This document shows positions 58,820 through 64,000 of a stretch of 64,000 nucleotides of DNA, piece by piece. The DNA is from Phyllobates terribilis (lineage: Eukaryota), in assembly GCF_046119375.1 (NCBI RefSeq), contig NW_027362771.1:396490001-396554000 (forward strand), given 5' to 3'. Position 1 is the stretch's first letter. Every line of letters starts with the position of its first letter. The position numbers were made by a program, and so were the translations under genes. Below the pieces are notes generated by a model. The model did no database searches and was not told where the DNA came from. It was given only the letters and a program-made list of their open reading frames with translations.

Positions 58820-59741
58820 CTATTTAAAACTGTGTTTTCTCCATCACATGGATCACATATACGTTTTTGAAAAATACTGCCATTTCTGGCCTCCATTAAA
58901 TTTTTTTTTCAGTGTGTCAGCAAAGTTTTTGACACTGGTTTGCTGTTCAGAACAGTTACCTACAGACCAGGTATTTAAAACTATGTTTTCTCCATCACAC
59001 GGATCACATATACGTTTTCAGAAAATACTGCCATTCCTGGCCTCCATTAAAAAAAAATTTCAGTGTGTCAGCAAAGTTTTTGACACTGGTTTGCTGTTCA
59101 AAACAGTTACCTACAGGCCAGGTATTTAAAACTGTGTTTTCTCCGTCACACGGATTACATATACGTTTTCAGAAAATACTGCCATTTCTGGCCTCCATTA
59201 AAAAAAAAATTTCAGTGTGTCAGCAAAGTTTTTGGCACTGGTTTGCTGTTCAAAACAGTTACCTACAGGCCAGGTATTTAAAACTGTGTTTTCTCCATCA
59301 CACGGATTACATATACGTTTTCAGAAAATACTGCCATTTCTGGCCTCCATTAAAAAAAATTTTCAGTGTGTCAGGACAGTTTTTGATACTGATTTGCTGT
59401 TCAAAACAGTTACCTACAGGCCAGGTATTCAAAACTGTGTTTTCTCGGCCACAAGGATTACATATATGTTTTCAGAAAAAACTCCCATTTCTGGCCTCCA
59501 TTAAAACAATTTCAGTGTGTCAGCAAAGTTTTTGACACTGGTTTGCTGTTCAAAACAGTTACCTACAGGGCAGGTATTTAAAACTGTGTTTTCTCCGTCA
59601 CACGGATTACATATACGTTTTCAGAAAATACTGCCATTTCTGGCCTTAATTAAAAAATTTCTTCAGTGTGTCAGCAAATTTTTTGACACTGGTTTTCTGT
59701 TCAAAACAGTTACCTACAGGCCAGGTATTTAAAACTGTGTT
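58820..59741. repeat. AT-rich satellite, ~151-bp unit x~6
   Basis: GTGTCAG recurs at ~58914, 59065, 59217, 59368, 59517 and 59668. Confidence 0.95.
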
Positions 59742-62700
59742 CTGTCGCTCTTGCTCTGGCCTGCCCTTGCCTTGGCTCTGGCCTACTCTCGCTCTGGCTC
59801 TGGCCTTCCCTCGCCCTGGCTCCATCCTGCTCTCACTCTGTCTTGCCTGCCCTCGACTTGGCTCCGGCCTACTCTCGCCCTGGCTCCGGCCTGCTCTCGC
59901 ACTGGCTCCGGCCTGCCCTCGCCCTGGCTCCGGCCTGCCCTCGCCTTGGCTCCGGTCTGCTCTCGTCTTGGCTCCGGCCTGCCCTGGCCCTCGCTCCGGC
60001 CTACTCTCGCCCTTGCTCCGGCATGCCTTCGCCTTGGCTCCGGCCTGCCATCGCTCTGGATCCGGCCTGATCTCGCACTGGCTCTGGCCTGCCCTTGCCT
60101 TGGATCCGGCCTGCGCTCACCCTGGCTCCGGCCTGCTCTCGCCTTGGCTCCGGCCTGCCCTCGCTCAGGCTCCGGCCTGCCCTCTCCTTGGCTCTGGCAT
60201 GCTCTCGCTCTGGCCTGCCTTCGCCTTGGCTCCGGCCTGCTCTCGCTCTGGCCTGCCTTCGCCCTGGATCCGGCATGCTCTCGCTCTGGCTCCGGCCTGC
60301 CCTCGCCCTGGCTCCGGCCTGCACTCGCTCTGACTCCGGCCTGCCCTCGCCCTGGCTCCGGCCTGCACTCGCTCTGACTCCGGCCTGCCCTCGCCCTGGC
60401 TCCGGCCTGATATCACTCTGGCTCCGGCCTGCTTTCGCTCTGGCTCTGGACTGCCCTCGCCTTGGCTCCGGCCTGCACTCGCTTTGGCTCTGGCCTGCCC
60501 TTGCCTTGGCTCCAGCCTGCTCTCGCTCTGGCTGTGGCCTGCCCTTGCCATGGCTCCGGGCTGCTCTCGCTCTGGCTCCAGCCTACTCTCGCTCTTGCTC
60601 CGGCCTGCTCTCACCCTGGCTCTGGCCTGCCCTCGTAATGGCTCCAGCCTGCCATCACCCTGGCTCTGGCCTGCCCTCCCCTTGTCTTCGGCCTGCTCTC
60701 GCTCTGGCCTGCCCTCGCCCTGGCACCGGCCTGCTCTCGCTCTGGCTCTGACTTGCCCTTGCCTTGACTACGGCCTGCTCTCGCACTGGCTCCGGCCTGC
60801 CTTCGCCCTGGCTCCGGCCTGCTCTCGCTCTGGCTCTGGCCTGCCCTCGCCCTGGCTCCGGCCTGCTCTCGATCTGTCTCTGGCCTACCCTTGCCCTGGC
60901 TCCGGCCTGCTCTTGCTCTGTCTTGCCAGCCCTCGCCTTGGTTTAGGCCTGCTGTCGCTCTGGCTCCGGCCTACTCTCCCTCTGGCTCAGGCCTGCCCTT
61001 ACCTTGGCTCCGGCCTGCTCTGGCTCTGGACTGCTCTCGCCTTGGCTCCGGCCTGCTCTCGCTCTGTCCTGCCCTCGCCTTGGCTCGAGCCTGCTCTCGC
61101 TGTAGCTCTGGCTCTGGCCTGCCTTCGCCGTGGCTCCAGCCTGCTCTCGCTCTGGCTCCGGCCTGTCCTCGCCCTGGCTCCGGCCTGCACTCGCTCTGGC
61201 TCCGGCCTGCAGTCGCCCTGGCTCCGGCCTGATATCACTATGGCTCTGGCCTGCCTTCGCCCTGGTTCTGGCCTGCTCTCGCTCTGGCTCTTGCCTGCCC
61301 TCGCCTAGGCTCCGGCCAGCACTCGCTCTAGCTCTGGCCTGCCCTCACCCTGGCTCCGGAATGCTCTCGCTCTGGCTCAGACCTGCCCTCGCTCTGGCTC
61401 CAGCATGCCCTCAATGTGGCTCCGGCCTGCCCACTGCCTGCCTCCGGCCTGCTCTCGCTCTCGTTCCGGCTCTGGCCTGCCCTCACCCTGGCTCTGGCCT
61501 GACATGTACCTGGCTCCGGCCTGCCCTCGCTCTGGCTCTGTCCTGCCTTCGCCATGGCTCCGGCATGCTCTCGCACTGGCTCCGGCCTGCCCTCGCTCTG
61601 GCTCCGGCCTGCTCTCGCTCTGGCTCCGGCCTGCCCTCGCCCTGGCTCCGGCCTGCCCTCGCCCTGGCTCCGGCCTGCTCTTGCTCTGGCTCTGGCCTGC
61701 CTTCGCCCTGGCTCCGAACTGCTTTTGCTCTAGCTCTGGCCTGCCCTCGCCCTGGCTCCGGCCTGCCATCTCCTTGGCTCCGGCCTGCTCACGCTTTTGC
61801 TCCGCCTGCCCTCGCCCTGGCTCCGGCCTGCTGTCGCTCTGGCTCTGGACTGCCCTCGCCCTGGCTCTGGCCTGCTCTAGCTCTGGCTCTGGCTCTGGCC
61901 TGCCCTCGCCTTGGCTCTGGCCTGCTCTCGCACTAGCTCTGGCATGCCCTTGCCCTGGCTATGGCCTGCTCTCGCTCTGGCCTGCCCTCGCCTTGGCTGC
62001 GGCCAGCTCTCGCCCTTGCTCCGGCCTGCTGTCGCTCTGGCTCTGGCCTGCCCTTGTCTTAGCTCCAGCCTGCACTCACTCTGGCTCTGGCCTGCCCTCG
62101 CCTTGGCTCCGGCCTGCTCTCGCTCTGGCTCTGGCCTGCCCTCACCCTGGCTCCGGCCTGCTCTCGCTCTGTCTTGCCTGCTGTAGCCTTGGCTCCGGCC
62201 TGCTCTGGCTCTGGCTCCGGACTACTCTCTCTCTGGCTCCGGCATGCCCTCTCTCTCGCTCCGGCCTACTCTAGCTCTGGCTCCGGCCTGCTCTCTCTCT
62301 GGCTCTGGCCTGCCCTTGCCATGGCTCCGGCCTGCTGTTGCTCTGGCCTGCCATTGCCTTGGCTCCGGCCTGCCCTCGCTCTAGCTCCGGCCTGCTTTCG
62401 CACTTGATCTTGCCTGCCTTTGCCTTGGCTCCGGACTGTTCTTGCCGTGGCTCCGGCCTGCTCTCGCCCTGTATCCGGCCTGCTCTCCCCCTGTCTCCGG
62501 ACTGCACTCTACCTGGATCCGGCCTGCCCTCGCCCTGGCTCCGGCCTGCCCTCGCCCTGGCTCTAGCCTGCCCTCGCCCTGGCTCCGCCCTGCTATCGTT
62601 CTGGGTCTAGCCTGTCCTCGCCTTGGCTCCGGCCTGCTCTCGACCTGTATCCGGCCTGCGCTCCCCCTGGCTCCGGACTGCACTCTACCTGGATCCGGCC

Positions 62701-64000
62701 TGCCCTCGCTCTGGCTCCCGCCTGCCCTCGCCCTGGCTCCGGCCTGCCCTCGCCCTGCCTCCGGCCTGTACTTGCTCTCGCTTTGACTATGGCCTGCCCT
62801 CGCTCCGGCCAGCTCCCGCCCTGGCTCCAGCATGCCCGCGCCTTGGCTCCGGCCTGCTCTCGCTCTGGCCTGCCCTCGCCTTGACTCCGGCCTGCTTTCG
62901 CTCTACCTCTGACCTGCCCTTGCCCTGGCTCCGGCCTGCTCTCGCTCTGGCTCTGGCCTGCCCTCGCCTTGACTCCGGCCTGCTTTCGCTCTACCTCTGG
63001 GCTGCCTTGCCCTGTCTCCGGCCTGCTCTCGCTCTGGCTCTGGCCTGCCCTCACCTTGGCTCGGGCCTGCTCTCGCTCTGGCTCTGGCCTGCCCTCGCCC
63101 AGGCTCCAGTGTGCTCTCGCACTGGCTCTGGCCTGCCATCTCCTTGGCTCCGGCCTGCTCTCGATCTGGCTCTGGCCTGCCTTCGCCTTGGCTACAGCCT
63201 GCTCTCGCTCTGGCTCTGGCCTGCCTTCGCCCTGGCTCCAGACTGCTCTTGATCTAGCTCCGGCCTGCCCTTGCCCTGGCTCCAGCCTGCCATCTCCTTG
63301 GCTCCGGCCTGATCTTGCTCTGGCCTGCCCTCAACTAGGCTCCGGCCAACACTCGCTCTGGCTCTGGCCTGCCCTCGCCTAGGCTCCGGTCTGCTCTCGC
63401 TCTGGTTCTGGCCTGCCCTCGCTCTGGCCTGCTCTCGCTCTGGCTCTGGCCTGCCTTCTCCCTGGCTCCGGTCTGCACTCGCTCTAGCTCCGGCCTGCCC
63501 TCACCCTCGCTCCGGCCTGCACTCGCTCTGGCTCCGGCCTACTTTCGCTCTAGCTCTGGCCTACCCTCGACCTGTATCCGGCCTGCCCTCGCTCTGGCTC
63601 CCGCCTGCCCTCGTCCTGGCTCCGGCCTTCCCTCGCCCTGGCTCCTGCCTGCTCTTGCTCTCGCTCTGGCTCTGGCCTGCCCTCTCTGCGGCCAGCTCCC
63701 GCCCTGGCTCCGGCATGCCCTCGCCTTAGCTCCGGCCTGCTCTTGCTCTGGCTCTGGCCTGCCCTTGCCCTGGCTCCAGCCTGCTCTCGCTCTGGCCTGC
63801 CCTCGCCATGACTCCGGCCTGCTTTCGCTCTACCTCTGGCCTGCCCTTGCCCTGGCTCCGGCCTGCCCTTGCCCTGGCTCTGGCCTGCTCTCGCTCTGGC
63901 TCTGGCCTGCCCTCGCCTTGACTCCGGCCTGCTCTTGCTCTGGCTCCGGCCTGCCATTGCCTTGGCTCCGGCCTGCTTTCGCACTTGCTCTTGCCTGCCT
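59742..64000. repeat. GC-rich minisatellite (CTGGCTCCGGCCTGCCCTCGCC-like, ~22 bp with variants), running off the window
   Basis: Continuous degenerate array; the plus strand is strongly A-depleted. Confidence 0.95.

Noticed and set aside
59668-63984. Many overlapping 100-290 aa Pro/Ala/Leu-rich ORFs
   Set aside because: They are translations of the minisatellite. The plus strand lacks A, so stop codons rarely form, and ORFs occur in all frames.

Overview
Vertebrate genomic DNA, most likely an anuran (frog). This is inferred from the TE repertoire and the kinase family; no database search was run. Most of the window is nested transposable elements. There are three copies of a tRNA-Ser-primed Ty3/Gypsy family (A 4367-8644 +, C 9715-14504 -, B 22448-30402 -) and three further related LTRs. 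One decayed self-priming Tf1/sushi chromovirus (D 42739-47798) has two related orphan LTRs. Also present are two non-canonical Tc1 elements (DD37E and DD38E), L1, L2 and Penelope fragments (the latter with minimal hammerhead motifs), many MITEs, an 18S rRNA fragment and two satellites at the right end. Threaded through these on the minus strand is a PKC-delta-like Ser/Thr kinase pseudogene (exons at 56304-56763, 35076-35350, 32582-32673, 31037-31099 and 20292-20561). It has a premature stop, and its catalytic DLKPEN/DFG/APE exon is missing exactly where a TSD-less recombinant Gypsy sits. The most unusual signals: (1) a conserved antisense promoter/first-exon/splice-donor cassette in the Gypsy leader; (2) a second tRNA-Ser PBS-like motif inside every LTR of that family; (3) LTR modules that swap at a conserved poly(A) box; (4) a deletion that constitutively fuses Gag to Pol in element B.
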